Shown here: positions 32,595-43,804 of the stretch, one piece after another | Position numbering within the stretch: the stretch's first letter is position 1 | How the letters are laid out: the number at the start of each line of letters is the position of its first letter | Assembly: GCA_039815375.1 (NCBI GenBank) | Contig: JBCBZJ010000002.1 | Span: 96,001 to 160,000, forward strand | DNA from: Verrucomicrobiota bacterium | GTDB lineage: Bacteria; Verrucomicrobiota; Verrucomicrobiia; Opitutales; Coraliomargaritaceae | Direction of reading: 5' to 3' | DNA: 64,000 nt | Translations under genes and position numbers: made by a program | The notes under the pieces: generated by a model | Told to the model about the DNA's origin: nothing | Seen by the model: only the letters and a program-made list of their open reading frames with translations | The model's database searches: none

Positions 32595-33479
32595 TCAGTT
32601 GACTCGTTCGTTGAGTTCAGCGATGACTTCCAAGAGTAAAGTATTCTGTCCGCCGACCCGACGGGTTGCCGTGAGCGCCACTTCGGTGTGATGAGCGGCT
32701 TCAGCACGGGCGCCTTCGATGCCGTGCAGGGCGACATAAGTGGACTTCTCCGCGGCCTCGTCGTTGCCGACGGTTTTTCCCATTGTTTCAGCGTCTGAGG
32801 TGGCATCCAGAATATCGTCGATGATCTGGAAGGCCAGTCCGAGGTGCTTGCCGACTAACTGCATCGCCTCGATTTGTTCCTCGTCTGGATTCGAAAATCG
32901 CAAGCCCATGGTGAGTGCAGCAGTGAGGAGTGCAGCAGTTTTGTTTTCGTGGATGTAACGCAGCGTTTCGGCATCGACCTTCTCGCCCTCATTCTCAATG
33001 TCTTCCATCTGGCCTCCGATAAGGTGTTCACTGCCGCTGGCGTTCGCCAAATCGGCGATCAGACTGATTGCTAGCTTCGGATCCTGACTGTAATCCTTAG
33101 CGAGTAGCTGAAAGGCATAAGTGAGAAGGGCATCACCTGTGAGCACTGCGGTCGCCTCGTCGAATTGCATATGGCAAGCAGGGCGACCACGGCGGAGTTC
33201 ACTATCGTCAATAGACGGTAAATCGTCGTGGATTAGGGTGTAGGTGTGGAGACATTCGATTGCGACCCCTGCTGTGATCGGGTTTTGCTCGGACGGAAAG
33301 AGCTCACTCGCAGCTAAAAGTAAAATCGGTCGAATGCGTTTGCCTCCGGCTTCCATGGAATAGCGCATGGCGGCATGTAGATTTGATGGACGTGTCCCGG
33401 AGGGTGGTAAAAGAGCATCAATTCCGTTTTCGATGCGTTGACGGTATGCTGCTAATTTTTCTTTTAATGCCTCATTCAC
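32595..33479 (-). CDS. ispA: Polyprenyl (farnesyl/geranylgeranyl) diphosphate synthase
   Basis: GGKRIRP, LIHDDLPSIDDSELRRG, FQIIDDILD; likely GTG start at 33479. Confidence 0.9.
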   Translation of the reverse strand: MNEALKEKLAAYRQRIENGIDALLPPSGTRPSNLHAAMRYSMEAGGKRIRPILLLAASELFPSEQNPITAGVAIECLHTYTLIHDDLPSIDDSELRRGRPACHMQFDEATAVLTGDALLTYAFQLLAKDYSQDPKLAISLIADLANASGSEHLIGGQMEDIENEGEKVDAETLRYIHENKTAALLTAALTMGLRFSNPDEEQIEAMQLVGKHLGLAFQIIDDILDATSDAETMGKTVGNDEAAEKSTYVALHGIEGARAEAAHHTEVALTATRRVGGQNTLLLEVIAELNERVN

Positions 33480-33504
33480 GGGCTTAGCTTGGCGTAAGTT
33501 ATTT

Positions 33505-34113
33505 ATGAAGGAAACGCCAATATTTGAAGAAGTTTTCGCACGTGTCCTGAAACTTCCGAGTTTTTGGATCAAGGTCCTGATTGGGGGCTTGCTCTCGTTT
33601 GTGCCGATCCTGAATTTTTTTGCTTTTGGCTACCTGTTCCGTTTTTCCAGAGGCGTCCGTCAAACTGGCGGTCTGGCAATGCCGGAGTGGGAAGCGTGGA
33701 ATATGCTTTTTATGGATGGCCTGAAATTTGCAGTCGTATGGTTGGCGTACTGGCTCCTGCCTCTTCTTTTAGCGCTTGCTGCCTCTGTGTTGGTCGGATT
33801 TTTAGGTTTGGGTGCATTCTCCTACCTTATTTTCTCACTGGCATTCCTTCTGTCGCCGATACTTTTTAGTTCAGCACTTTATCGCTACAACATGCGCACC
33901 GATTTGAAGGATCTTCTGGATGTCGCTTTAATCGTTCGAATGACTTACGTAGAGTTTCCTCGTTTGATCATTCCTGCACTGGCTTTTGTCGGTATTCTTG
34001 CGGTGGGTGGTGCACTCTATGGTTTTGCCCTCTTTTTCGGTTTTCTTATGCTGATTGCATTTACTAGCTTAACATACCGCTCAATTGAGCAAAATCGCTC
34101 CTTCGCTCTTTAG
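33505..34113 (+). CDS. Membrane protein, DUF4013-like
   Basis: KVLIGGLLSFVPILNFFAFGYL..PEW; several TM helices. Confidence 0.7.
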   Translation: MKETPIFEEVFARVLKLPSFWIKVLIGGLLSFVPILNFFAFGYLFRFSRGVRQTGGLAMPEWEAWNMLFMDGLKFAVVWLAYWLLPLLLALAASVLVGFLGLGAFSYLIFSLAFLLSPILFSSALYRYNMRTDLKDLLDVALIVRMTYVEFPRLIIPALAFVGILAVGGALYGFALFFGFLMLIAFTSLTYRSIEQNRSFAL

Positions 34114-34126
34114 TCCGTTTTTTCGT

Positions 34127-34831
34127 ATGCCTACTTCATTCAAGGAAAAAAAAGAGCCCAGCGTATCGATCGCTTTGATCTACGCGGCAATGATGTCATT
34201 TTTCGGCGTAATCGTTGGAATGGTTTACCTTATGTCTCTACCACTGCAGGGTTTCTCCAGTATGGCAGAGCGGGCCAAAGCAAGAGAAGAGCGTAATTCG
34301 TTGGATCCGGTTCCTACAGATGCCTTTTACCTTGAAGGACCGGTCCTCCAAACGAGTTCATGGGAGGCCAAGCGTAATAGGCTCATAAATGGTGGGGCAG
34401 GCGTGCTCGAGATTAGTCCTGGTGAAATCAATGCCTGGTTTGCCAGTAAGTTCCAGCCTTCGTCCGGGCCACCGGCGAAGAATGAGGAAGGTATCTTGAT
34501 CGTGCCCGGGCAGCCAAATGTGGCCGTGAGCGAAGAAGGTGTCTTTTTTGTCAATTTACCCGCACAAGTTTCAGGCTATGGTATGAACGCCGAGTATGTG
34601 TTGAGTGCGATTGGAGGGTATAGTTCCGGAGCGCCGGCTGTGTTCAAGATCGACCAATTGAAGATCGGCTCAGCAAAGATGCCATTGCCCGATCTATTAG
34701 GTTCCCAAATCATTGATGTTCTCACCCAAAGCTACAAGCAGACAAAAGAGTATAAGACCATATTGTCAGCATGGGAGAGGGTTGATTCAGTCGAATTTTC
34801 CGGTTCGAGCCTACGACTCAAGCTTCTGTAA
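34127..34831 (+). CDS. Hypothetical membrane-anchored protein
   Basis: Single N-terminal TM segment; translationally coupled to the next ORF. Confidence 0.65.
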   Translation: MPTSFKEKKEPSVSIALIYAAMMSFFGVIVGMVYLMSLPLQGFSSMAERAKAREERNSLDPVPTDAFYLEGPVLQTSSWEAKRNRLINGGAGVLEISPGEINAWFASKFQPSSGPPAKNEEGILIVPGQPNVAVSEEGVFFVNLPAQVSGYGMNAEYVLSAIGGYSSGAPAVFKIDQLKIGSAKMPLPDLLGSQIIDVLTQSYKQTKEYKTILSAWERVDSVEFSGSSLRLKLL

Positions 34832-35961
34832 TGCGTAAGTCTGTGCAGGCATTGCTTGCGATGGCTCTTTGCTGTTTGATCAGCCCAGTGCCATCCTTGG
34901 CAGAATCGAATCTTCGGACTGCAGAAAACAGGCAATTCGAGATTGTTGGACTGGATAGTCGTTCGGTGACCTATATTGATGAGCTGAGCCGTTTTATCGT
35001 TGAGGTTAGCGAGCGCTATCTGGATTCCGAGAGACTTCGGTTCCCTCAACGAGTCCTCATCAGCCTCAAACCTAAGCAATATGTAGATTTTGAGGGCGAC
35101 TACGAAATTCGTGTCGCCGAGCCAGGGCTTGTTAGCCTTGATTTGCTTTGGGAAGAGGAGGTCTCTCTGAGAACAGTTTTTCGAGCAGTATCGGAAGCCC
35201 TCATTGTTCGGTATTCGATATTCAACTACGGTAGAGGCGGTCTTGAGTATTTGCCGGAATGGCCAGCTGCTGCAGTAGGCACGGAAGCATATTTGCGCTT
35301 AAGGCCAGCGCTATCTGACCAATTGATTAACTGGGTAGATCTTTCTACGACTGCTACCATTCATACTCTATTGAATCGTGGTTGGGATGAACCAGTCGCA
35401 GATGCAAATGGATATCTACTTTTGCTGGCTATCAAAGAGGGTGGAGTTGCCGCATCGGAGCTGCGAGGCTTGATTGATAGGGCCCTCTCAGGTGCCGACG
35501 TCGCGGAGCTTTTGGAAGCGCTGTTAAAGTTGAAGAATCCTGCAGCAATTCCACTGGATCTTGAAAATTGGTGGCAGGCCTCGTTGGTTCAGGTCGTTTT
35601 GCCCAAGGATGGTGTCGTGGAAACGATGGATGTGTCCCAACGATGGATTAAAGAGCTATCTGATGTCTCGAACCTTGGAGATGGAGGCTTGGATTTACGG
35701 AGTATTTGGAAGCAGCGTGATGATGCTGAGCTCCGTGCGACGATACAGGCGCGTTACGAGATTATCAGGCTTCGTTTGATTCGGGTGAATCCAGGTTATT
35801 ACAATGCAGCTCGTTCTTTGGGTTTCTTATTCGAGGTCTTTCTTAATAGTGAAAGAAGCTTCGAATACATCCATAGCTTGACTGCTTTCCTGAGCGATTA
35901 CTCTGATGCCCAGGAGATCGAGTCACTTGTGAACCAAGTGCTGTCTATAGAGCTGCAGTGA
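34831..35961 (+). CDS. Hypothetical exported protein
   Basis: Signal peptide MRKSVQALLAMALCCLISPVPSLA-E; long ORF. Confidence 0.65.
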   Translation: MRKSVQALLAMALCCLISPVPSLAESNLRTAENRQFEIVGLDSRSVTYIDELSRFIVEVSERYLDSERLRFPQRVLISLKPKQYVDFEGDYEIRVAEPGLVSLDLLWEEEVSLRTVFRAVSEALIVRYSIFNYGRGGLEYLPEWPAAAVGTEAYLRLRPALSDQLINWVDLSTTATIHTLLNRGWDEPVADANGYLLLLAIKEGGVAASELRGLIDRALSGADVAELLEALLKLKNPAAIPLDLENWWQASLVQVVLPKDGVVETMDVSQRWIKELSDVSNLGDGGLDLRSIWKQRDDAELRATIQARYEIIRLRLIRVNPGYYNAARSLGFLFEVFLNSERSFEYIHSLTAFLSDYSDAQEIESLVNQVLSIELQ

Positions 35962-37486
35962 ATTCAGCGGCGAGCTGGTTATAGCTTTCGGCGGCTACTT
36001 TTGGTTTAATAGTACTGTTTGGCTCAGGTCGACAGAACTGTGACTCGAGCGTTTCGATTGCGATGCTGAATGAGTTCTCCGCTGCACGCATGGCGGCACC
36101 GAGTCCAACGGACCCGCTAATTTCCAAACGTTGAACCTTTGCATGAAACACATCGGCGATGACCTGGGCGATAGCATCGTTCTTTGATGCTCCACCGGTA
36201 AGGTAGATTACCTCAGGCCGAAGCTGCATCCAGTCGGTTCGGAGCTTAATGTTGATCGCCTGACCCTCGACACAGGCACGAATCGCGGCATCAGGTTCCT
36301 CCCATCTTTCGAACGCTTCGCCGCCCTTCAGGATGGGTGCGTCCAGCTTGATGCGTGGACTGATCTCTGGACGGAAAAAAGGAACCATCATTCTGCCCTC
36401 GTTGCCAACAGGCGTGTTTTCGAATGCATGAGTGAATTGGTCCCAACCGTAGTTGAATCTATTCTTCACTTCTTCGCGTGCCAGAGAGCCGTTGATGAAG
36501 CACTGAAGTGACATGGAGCCTCCCTTCGGGTTTCCAAAGACGTGGCCAAATCCATTCGGATCAGCCACCGAATCGGGCATGGCGGCAAAGAAGGTATCGG
36601 AAGTGCCGAGCGAAATGACAAGTTTGCCGGGCTGGCTGGCACCCATGCCGACGAGACTGCTTGGATTGTCACCCGTAAAGATGGTGATCGGAGTGCCTTC
36701 CGTGAATCCAAATTTCTCTACAAAATAATCCGAGATTTTACCAGCGACAGTATTTCCCTGCGCGACCGGAGGGAGCTTATTCATTAAGTCCGGTGCTGTG
36801 GCCTTCAGTAGATCCGTGTCCCATTTCCATGTTGAGATATTGAGTAGGTTCATGCCCGCACCATCTCCGGTATCGATTGGAGCGTCTGCACCGCAAAGCA
36901 CGGAGCAGAGAAATGAGCTCACGAGATGAATGCGTGCGGTGGCAATGTAGGTCTCGGTATCTTGTTTATAAAAGCGTCGGATCTGTGGACCTGTGAAACG
37001 TTCGATCGCGATGGATCCGGATTTTGCACAAATCACATCTTCTCCACCGACCTTAGCAGTGATTTCTTTACACTCTTTACTGGTCGCGCCGTCCATCCAG
37101 ATGGGCGATGTCTGCCTGGAGAGACAGTTCGCAATTTGAGTTGACAGCGGAAGTGAGGGTGAAAGCGAAGAAACTTTTTCTTGCCAGTTGTCATTAAGAT
37201 AAACTGATCCGTGCTGTTGTCCTGCACCCGAGATCGCCCCGATTTTTGAAAGGTCACATTCTTGACCAAGCTCCTCAAGAAGGATCTCAAGCGCATCGAG
37301 CCACATCAGTGGATCAGAATGCACTTCGCGATCTGCGCCGTTGGGAATGAAGCCATTAGGCGCATTGTATTGCGGCAGGCGCTCGCCGAAGTTAACTGAC
37401 CTTTCCGCAACAACTGTGCCGGCTTCTGTATCGATCACGATAGCTGAGCAGCTTTGGGTGGAAGAATCGATGCCTAGTGCATACAT
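35945..37486 (-). CDS. xylB: Xylulokinase (FGGY family, eukaryote-like subtype)
   Basis: LGIDSSTQS, AGQQHGSVY, SPIWMD, ERFTGPQIR, GDNPSSL, ISLGTSDT; downstream of xylA. Confidence 0.9.
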   Translation of the reverse strand: MYALGIDSSTQSCSAIVIDTEAGTVVAERSVNFGERLPQYNAPNGFIPNGADREVHSDPLMWLDALEILLEELGQECDLSKIGAISGAGQQHGSVYLNDNWQEKVSSLSPSLPLSTQIANCLSRQTSPIWMDGATSKECKEITAKVGGEDVICAKSGSIAIERFTGPQIRRFYKQDTETYIATARIHLVSSFLCSVLCGADAPIDTGDGAGMNLLNISTWKWDTDLLKATAPDLMNKLPPVAQGNTVAGKISDYFVEKFGFTEGTPITIFTGDNPSSLVGMGASQPGKLVISLGTSDTFFAAMPDSVADPNGFGHVFGNPKGGSMSLQCFINGSLAREEVKNRFNYGWDQFTHAFENTPVGNEGRMMVPFFRPEISPRIKLDAPILKGGEAFERWEEPDAAIRACVEGQAINIKLRTDWMQLRPEVIYLTGGASKNDAIAQVIADVFHAKVQRLEISGSVGLGAAMRAAENSFSIAIETLESQFCRPEPNSTIKPKVAAESYNQLAAEFTAAL

Positions 37487-37530
37487 TAGAGTGAAGGCGA
37501 AATTTAAGAAGGTATCGAGCGCATTAAAGG

Positions 37531-37602
37531 ATGAGAGTGAAGGTCAAAGTGCGCGAGGGCATTACCAACTTCACTCTCATTTCATACTCATTATGAATGA
37601 GT
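37531..37602. repeat. Inverted repeats between xylA and xylB
   Basis: ATGAGAGTGAAG/CTTCACTCTCAT (12 bp) plus ACTCATT-ATG-AATGAGT. Confidence 0.7.
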
Positions 37603-37603
37603 C

Positions 37604-38908
37604 CTAAAGGAACTCATTCACAAGGTTCTCGAGCATCTCCTGACGGCCACTGGCAAGAGTCGGTTCGCCATTGGCGAGTGCGATTTGCTCGAGCTCTGCA
37701 AAGCTGCAATTGCCTGATTCTATCTTTGCACCGAGGTCGTTGTCAAAACTGCGATAGCGATCCTTAACGAAGGAGGAGAGGCGCCCGTCTTTACGGATAG
37801 CGTTAGCGATCTTCAGGCCGCGAGCGAAAGCATCCATGCCGCCGATGTGAGCGTGTATGAGGTCGATCGGTTCGTGAGACTCGCGACGACGCTTAGCGTC
37901 AAAATTAAGGCCGCCGGTAGTGAAGCCGCCCATTTCAAGGACGCATAGCATTACTTGGGTGGTGAGATAAATATCGGTCGGGAACTGGTCCGTATCCCAG
38001 CCGATTAGCTCGTCACCACGATTGGCATCGATGCTGCCGAGCATTCCGGCGTTTATTGCGACGGTGAGTTCGTGCTCCATGGTGTGTCCAGCGAGAGTTG
38101 CATGGTTCGTTTCGATATTGAGGCGGAACTTCTCCATCAGGCCGTATTCACGAAGGAAATTGAGACAGGCTGCAGAGTCGGAGTCATATTGATGCGTAGA
38201 TGGCTCGCGTGGTTTCGGCTCGATATAGAATGGGCCTTCGAAGCCGATATTCCTGGCATGATCAACTGCCATGTGGAGGAAGGCGGCTAGGTGGTCGAGC
38301 TCGCGCTTCATATCCGTATTGAGCAATGTTGCGTAACCTTCACGGCCCCCCCAGAAGGTGTAGCCGAGACCGTCGAGCTCCTTCGTGCATTCAATCGCTT
38401 TCTTAACTTGAGCCGCGGCATAGGCAAAGACGTTGAGGTCGGGCGATGTCGCACCACCGTGTGCATAGCGCTCATGGGAGAAGAGGCATGCTGTGCCCCA
38501 AAGAAGCTTCACACCAGTCTCGGTTTGCTTTTCCTTCAGCCTCGTGACGACGGTATCGAGTGCCTTGTTGGATGCAGCAAGATCGCTGAGCTCAGGGGCG
38601 ATGTCGCGGTCGTGCCAGCAGTAGAATTCAATGCCAATCTTTTCGAGGAACTCGAAGAAAACATCGATCCGCTTGAGGGCATTGTCGACGGAATCGGAGC
38701 CGTCATCCCAAGGCATTTGTGCAGTGCCACCGCCGAAGGGGTCGGAAAGAACATTGCGCATAACGTGCCAGTAGGGCGCCGCGAAACGGAGGTGCTCTTT
38801 CATCGGCTTACCGTCGACCAGCTCGTCCGGATTGTAGTGCTTGAAGGCAAGTGGGTTTTTTGAGGAAGGGCCCTCGAATTGGACTTTGTCGCAGTCGAAA
38901 TATTGCAT
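37604..38908 (-). CDS. xylA: Xylose isomerase (class II)
   Basis: [47 protein letters not shown]. Confidence 0.97.
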   Translation of the reverse strand: MQYFDCDKVQFEGPSSKNPLAFKHYNPDELVDGKPMKEHLRFAAPYWHVMRNVLSDPFGGGTAQMPWDDGSDSVDNALKRIDVFFEFLEKIGIEFYCWHDRDIAPELSDLAASNKALDTVVTRLKEKQTETGVKLLWGTACLFSHERYAHGGATSPDLNVFAYAAAQVKKAIECTKELDGLGYTFWGGREGYATLLNTDMKRELDHLAAFLHMAVDHARNIGFEGPFYIEPKPREPSTHQYDSDSAACLNFLREYGLMEKFRLNIETNHATLAGHTMEHELTVAINAGMLGSIDANRGDELIGWDTDQFPTDIYLTTQVMLCVLEMGGFTTGGLNFDAKRRRESHEPIDLIHAHIGGMDAFARGLKIANAIRKDGRLSSFVKDRYRSFDNDLGAKIESGNCSFAELEQIALANGEPTLASGRQEMLENLVNEFL

Positions 38909-39034
38909 ATGATCGGGTAAGGATGTGTTGAAGTATAACTTAGCTTACATAAGCTTTAAATCAGTCCAGTATATCTAAAGCGATGCGAATTTGGAATTGC
39001 GAGAATCAGCAAGTTCTTTGCAGAATTCGTCAGA

Positions 39035-39766
39035 ATGTCGGATATTGAAGAGAGCTGGGAGCAACTCTCCACTGAAGTAGTGGTTACGCTTTTTAATCAG
39101 ATCGATGGGGTGCTTTTTTGGGTCAAAGACCGTAAACACCGGATTACTGCGCTCAATCGGGCTTTTGCCGAGCGCGTCAAACTCGAAACCTATGAAGTCA
39201 TCGGGAAGACAGATGCGGACTTGTATTATTCCGAGTTGGCTGCAGTTTTTGTAAAGGATGATCAACGGGTTCTGGAGTCAGGCCGGCCCATGCGTCGCAA
39301 GGTCGAGTTGCTCTCAAGCCAGTTTGGAGGTATCGAATGGCGTTCAACGACAAAATTGCCCTTAAAAAATGCCCAAGGGGAAATAGTTGGGACGACTGGT
39401 ATTTCACGACCGCTACCGGAAACCTCTGATGGATTGCCAGTCCAATATCGGGCCTTTGCAGAAATTGTTGAATATGCGCGCGCGCATCTGTCGGAGAGAG
39501 TCAGTGTTCTTGACATTGCGCAAGAGTCGGGAATGTCGATTGCTACGCTAGAACGCCGCTTCAAGGAACATCTTCAGTTGAGCCCAAGTGCTTTTCTCTC
39601 TCAGTTGCGCCTGTCGCATGCCTGTGAGCTACTTAGGGATACACCGCTAAACATGGCGGAAGTCGCTTTGAAGTGCGGCTATGAAAGTGCTGCTGCCTTT
39701 TCGCGGGCCTTTCGGCGGGGGACCAATCAATCGCCGAGCGGTTTTCGCGCCAGCTCCCGAAGATAG
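39035..39766 (+). CDS. PAS-domain AraC family regulator, divergent from xylA
   Basis: FWVKD..GKTDADL PAS motif; C-terminal AraC HTH (VALKCGYESAAAFSRAF). Confidence 0.9.
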   Translation: MSDIEESWEQLSTEVVVTLFNQIDGVLFWVKDRKHRITALNRAFAERVKLETYEVIGKTDADLYYSELAAVFVKDDQRVLESGRPMRRKVELLSSQFGGIEWRSTTKLPLKNAQGEIVGTTGISRPLPETSDGLPVQYRAFAEIVEYARAHLSERVSVLDIAQESGMSIATLERRFKEHLQLSPSAFLSQLRLSHACELLRDTPLNMAEVALKCGYESAAAFSRAFRRGTNQSPSGFRASSRR

Positions 39767-39769
39767 CGC

Positions 39770-40762
39770 CTACATGTAGTAGCGCACGTAGGATTCATTA
39801 CGAACGTCTTGTAGCCAGCGGTCCTGTGCCTCACGAGCAAGTTCTCCGACGAGCACATTTTCAATGATATCGCGAACCTGCGAGATCGGTTGTATCATCT
39901 CGTCACGCCGTTCTTCCGAATAAAGAATGAAGATGGTATCACGTAGTTCAATCGGTTGGCTAAACTCTCCTCGTTTCAGAGCAAAAGCGGCATCGCTGAG
40001 TTCCTTTCGAATATCCTTGCGCTCAATCCAGCCCCAGTCGCCCCCGCGGCGACTCATTTCGTCCTGACTATATTTTCGCGCGATGTCTCCAAAATTTCCG
40101 CCAGCTTCGAGTTCCTGAATCACTTGCTTGGCCGTCTGGCGGAGCGGAACAAGTCCTTCGTCGGCAATCGGGCTAAGAATAATCTGTCGCAAGTGCATTG
40201 CCTCTGCCTGATAGAAACGGACTTTGTTTTTCACATAAAAGTCTTCGATCCGTTCCGGGCTTATCTCGGATTGAGACTGACGAGTTCTCTGGCGCATTAC
40301 ATTTACCACCACTCGCTCGTAGAGATCTCTACGGTAGTCCCGCGCTGTGATGCCACGAGCTTGCAGATATTGCAGAAATCGTCCCCGGTCGCCTCCAAAG
40401 TCACGCGCGATGACATCGTCGTATTCCTGATCAACATAGGACTGAGGAATCAACAAACCCTCTTCTTCGGCTGCTTTGACGATTATGATACGGTCGATCA
40501 TGTTTTGCAGCACTTCACGGCTGAGCTTATCGACGCGTTGGGTAAAATCCTGCGCACTGGTTGATTCGACGCGAAGGCGTGGGATAATGGGCTCCAGTTC
40601 ACGACGTAGTTCCTGAACCGTAATGATCTGACCTTCTGCCACCGCTGCAATGCCGTTGCCGAGCCGAAGCAGGGCCGGGTCTTGAGCCTGTCCGGCTACA
40701 GGAGCTTTCGAAGCAAGAATAGTGAACACGACGACTGAAAGTAGATTGCGGTAGAACTTCAT
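39770..40762 (-). CDS. SurA/PrsA-like parvulin peptidyl-prolyl isomerase
   Basis: Signal peptide, SurA-like N-domain, [17 protein letters not shown]...GGDWGW. Confidence 0.85.
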   Translation of the reverse strand: MKFYRNLLSVVVFTILASKAPVAGQAQDPALLRLGNGIAAVAEGQIITVQELRRELEPIIPRLRVESTSAQDFTQRVDKLSREVLQNMIDRIIIVKAAEEEGLLIPQSYVDQEYDDVIARDFGGDRGRFLQYLQARGITARDYRRDLYERVVVNVMRQRTRQSQSEISPERIEDFYVKNKVRFYQAEAMHLRQIILSPIADEGLVPLRQTAKQVIQELEAGGNFGDIARKYSQDEMSRRGGDWGWIERKDIRKELSDAAFALKRGEFSQPIELRDTIFILYSEERRDEMIQPISQVRDIIENVLVGELAREAQDRWLQDVRNESYVRYYM

Positions 40763-40851
40763 GTTTGATTCAGGCGAGTTAGATCGCAGTTTTTGCAACA
40801 CCCTAGAAAGGCCGACTCTACGGTCAAGCGGTATCGGCTCGCCTTTGGTTC

Positions 40852-41478
40852 CTACGCTTCAGCTGCTATGGCCAGTGCAGCCTTGACCTGCTGCGTGATC
40901 GCAGGCCAGTCCTTCTCTGCAATTTGGTTTTTGGTTGCGAGCCATGAGCCGCCGATGGCAAAGACTTCTCTCATTGAGAGATAATCATTCATGTTGTTGA
41001 ATGAAACACCTCCTGTGGGGCAGAATTTCAAGCCGAGACTGGCGTAGGGTGCAGACATTGCCTTGAGCAGTTTCGGTCCCCCAGCTGCGCCTGCAGGGAA
41101 AAACTTCAAGTGGCTACATCCTGCCTTGATTGCGGACTGGATGTCACTCGGGGTCATGACGCCGGGAATGAAGGGCACGCCTCGGTCCTTGAAGTAGGCG
41201 ATCGTTTCCGGATCGGTGCCGGGAGCGAGGCCGAACTTGCTGCCGGCTTCGATTGCGCGCTGAGCTTGTTCCAGAGTCACGACAGTGCCTGCACCTACCA
41301 TCATTTCCGGGAAACGCTTTGATATCCGTTCGATGGCTTCAGCTGCTGCAGAGGTGCGGAAAGTGACCTCAACAATCCTCAGACCGCCCTCGAGCAATGC
41401 ATCGGCGAGCGGTTCGGCATCGTTCGCGTCTTCGATTACGATAACTGGAATTACGGGGTATTGCTCGAGTTCCGACAT
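40852..41478 (-). CDS. eda: KDPG/KHG aldolase
   Basis: EVTFRT, VGAGTV, LKFFPA, FCPTGGV, IGGSWL. Confidence 0.95.
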   Translation of the reverse strand: MSELEQYPVIPVIVIEDANDAEPLADALLEGGLRIVEVTFRTSAAAEAIERISKRFPEMMVGAGTVVTLEQAQRAIEAGSKFGLAPGTDPETIAYFKDRGVPFIPGVMTPSDIQSAIKAGCSHLKFFPAGAAGGPKLLKAMSAPYASLGLKFCPTGGVSFNNMNDYLSMREVFAIGGSWLATKNQIAEKDWPAITQQVKAALAIAAEA

Positions 41479-41495
41479 AGTAGATTTTCGATCGC

Positions 41496-42593
41496 CTAGC
41501 GGTCTACCCGTGCTCCGCCGCCTCCTTTGATTTTCTTCACTTCTTTGAGCGATGCCATGGTAGTGTCACCGGGAGTGGTCATTGCGAGTGCGCCGTGGAC
41601 GCAACCGTAGTCAACTGCTTCCTGCGGATCGTTCTCAATGAGGAAGCCGTAGATAAAACCTGATGCGAAGCTATCGCCGCCGCCGACTCGGTCCAGAATT
41701 TCAAGTGCTGGAAACTTAAGAGACTCATAGAACTCTCCGTCGTGCCAGGCGATTGCGGCCCAGTCGTTGATGGTTGCTGTTTTGACTGCGCGGAGTGTGG
41801 TGGCTGTGGCCTTGAAGTTTGGAAACTCCTTGGTCGCAGTTTCGATCATCTTTTTGAATGCCTCGACCGGGATATGTGAGATGTTCTCGTCTACGCCCTC
41901 AACTTCGAATCCGAGACATGCAGTAAAGTCTTCTTCATTTCCAATCATTACATCGACATATTTCGCGATTTCCCGGTTCACTTTCCGGCACTTTTCAAGG
42001 CCGCCGAAATCCTTCCAGAGGGAAGGGCGGTAGTTCAGATCGTAGCTGACGACCGTGCCGTGTTTTTTTGCACACTTTACCGCGTCCAGCACCACGTCGG
42101 GTGTGGTCGTGCTGAGTGCCGCATAGATGCCACCAGTGTGAAACCATTGTGCTCCGCGGTTGCCGAAGATTTCTTCCCAGTCGATGTCGCCAGGCTTAAG
42201 CTGGCTTGCTGCAGTGTTTCCCCGGTCCGGACAACCGACCGCACCACGAATGCCGTAGCCCCGTTCGGTGAAATTGAGGCCATTACGCACCTCGCGTCCG
42301 ATACCGTCATAGTCGACCCATTTGATGAAACGGGTGTCGACACCACCTTGCATGATAAAGTCCTCCACGAGGCGACCGACCGGGTTGTCAGCAAAGGCAG
42401 TCACGACTGCGGTTCTCAAGCCGAAGCAGCGACGAAGACCACGTGTGACGTTGTATTCTCCTCCGCCTTCCCAAGCGTTGAATTGACGGGTCGTGTGAAT
42501 CCGGTTTTCGCCCGGATCAAGGCGAAGCATCACCTCCCCCAGGGAAACACATGCATATTCGCAGGAATCAGCGGATTTGATATCTATAGCCAT
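41496..42593 (-). CDS. kdgK: 2-keto-3-deoxygluconate kinase (PfkB family)
   Basis: LGEVMLRL, GGGEYNV, SYDLNYRPSLW, DRVGGGDSFASG; next to eda. Confidence 0.9.
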   Translation of the reverse strand: MAIDIKSADSCEYACVSLGEVMLRLDPGENRIHTTRQFNAWEGGGEYNVTRGLRRCFGLRTAVVTAFADNPVGRLVEDFIMQGGVDTRFIKWVDYDGIGREVRNGLNFTERGYGIRGAVGCPDRGNTAASQLKPGDIDWEEIFGNRGAQWFHTGGIYAALSTTTPDVVLDAVKCAKKHGTVVSYDLNYRPSLWKDFGGLEKCRKVNREIAKYVDVMIGNEEDFTACLGFEVEGVDENISHIPVEAFKKMIETATKEFPNFKATATTLRAVKTATINDWAAIAWHDGEFYESLKFPALEILDRVGGGDSFASGFIYGFLIENDPQEAVDYGCVHGALAMTTPGDTTMASLKEVKKIKGGGGARVDR

Positions 42594-42703
42594 AAGTTCA
42601 AATGATGGAGTTGAGACTAAGTGCAGAAAAAACCGCCGAAACTAGCGGCTAAGCTAAAAATGTATAATTGCATAATGAGGTCTAATTTTGCACTTTTGCG
42701 CAA

Positions 42704-43804
42704 ATGGTCCGCAGCAAGCATGTTCTAATGGTTCTCGGGAGTTACGACCAGTCGGCTCACGAGGGTATTGCCCGCTATGCCGGTAGGCACGGCTGGCACC
42801 TTAATGTCAGTATTCTCAAAGACTTTCAATTGCCCGAGCATTGGCAGGGCGATGGTATTATCACTTCCTTGAACAACAGCCGCCAACTGGAGGAGTTTGT
42901 GCTTGATGCCGACGTGCCCACGGTGGATCTCTCTGTCTGGCGCGAGGAAATTGATTTGCCGCGAGTCGCGGCCGACAATCCCCAGATCGGTCGCCTCGGA
43001 GCGGAGCATTTCATTGGATTGGGCTATCAGAAATGTGCGTGGTTCGGCCTGGCCAGCAATCCCGCAACGCGCGCCCGTTTCTACGCATATCGCGATACTC
43101 TGGCGGAAGCAGGGGTTGATTGTATTCGCCTCGACACCGTCAGTCCTCAGGATGCCAATTATATCACGGGTCGCTTGAAAGAACTGCCTAAGCCCTGTGC
43201 TATTTACACGAAGAGTGATTATGATTCCGCATGGATCGCCAACCTCTGCTACGACGCAGGGCTCCGCGTGCCGGACGACATTGCTATTCTGGGTGCCGAC
43301 GACAATCCACTGATCTGTGACCGACAATGGGTTACCCTTTCAAGCGTGCGTTACGATCTTTCACGCATTGGCTATGAAGGAGCGGCTATGCTCGACCAGC
43401 TGATGCAAGGGAATGCGCTTACTGAAAATCTGAAATTGATTCCCCCCGACGGCATCACGGTGCGCCAAAGCACCAATGCATTAGCGGTAACCGACAATCT
43501 TATCCGCGATGTGCTTCGCTATCTGCAGGATAGTCTGCGCCTGACGGTCAGCACTGATTCCATTGCAGATAAATTCGGCGTCAGCCGACGTAGTCTCGAA
43601 CTGCGTTTCCGCAAGCAAATGCATCGCTCGATTCGGGAGCATCTTATCCATTTGAGGATAGAAGAAGCAAAGCGGCAGTTGCAGGCTACGACTGAACCTA
43701 TCGAAACGATATCTGCTTTAACCGGATTTTGTAACGCACCCCATTTCAGCCGAACCTTTAAACAGCTCGTTGGCCGGAGCCCAAGTCACTTCCGCAAAGG
43801 CTAA
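42704..43804 (+). CDS. XylR-type regulator (LacI-like sensor domain plus AraC HTH)
   Basis: DGII, GLRVPDDIAILGADD, LSSV, ITVRQST; C-terminal AraC HTH. Confidence 0.9.
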   Translation: MVRSKHVLMVLGSYDQSAHEGIARYAGRHGWHLNVSILKDFQLPEHWQGDGIITSLNNSRQLEEFVLDADVPTVDLSVWREEIDLPRVAADNPQIGRLGAEHFIGLGYQKCAWFGLASNPATRARFYAYRDTLAEAGVDCIRLDTVSPQDANYITGRLKELPKPCAIYTKSDYDSAWIANLCYDAGLRVPDDIAILGADDNPLICDRQWVTLSSVRYDLSRIGYEGAAMLDQLMQGNALTENLKLIPPDGITVRQSTNALAVTDNLIRDVLRYLQDSLRLTVSTDSIADKFGVSRRSLELRFRKQMHRSIREHLIHLRIEEAKRQLQATTEPIETISALTGFCNAPHFSRTFKQLVGRSPSHFRKG

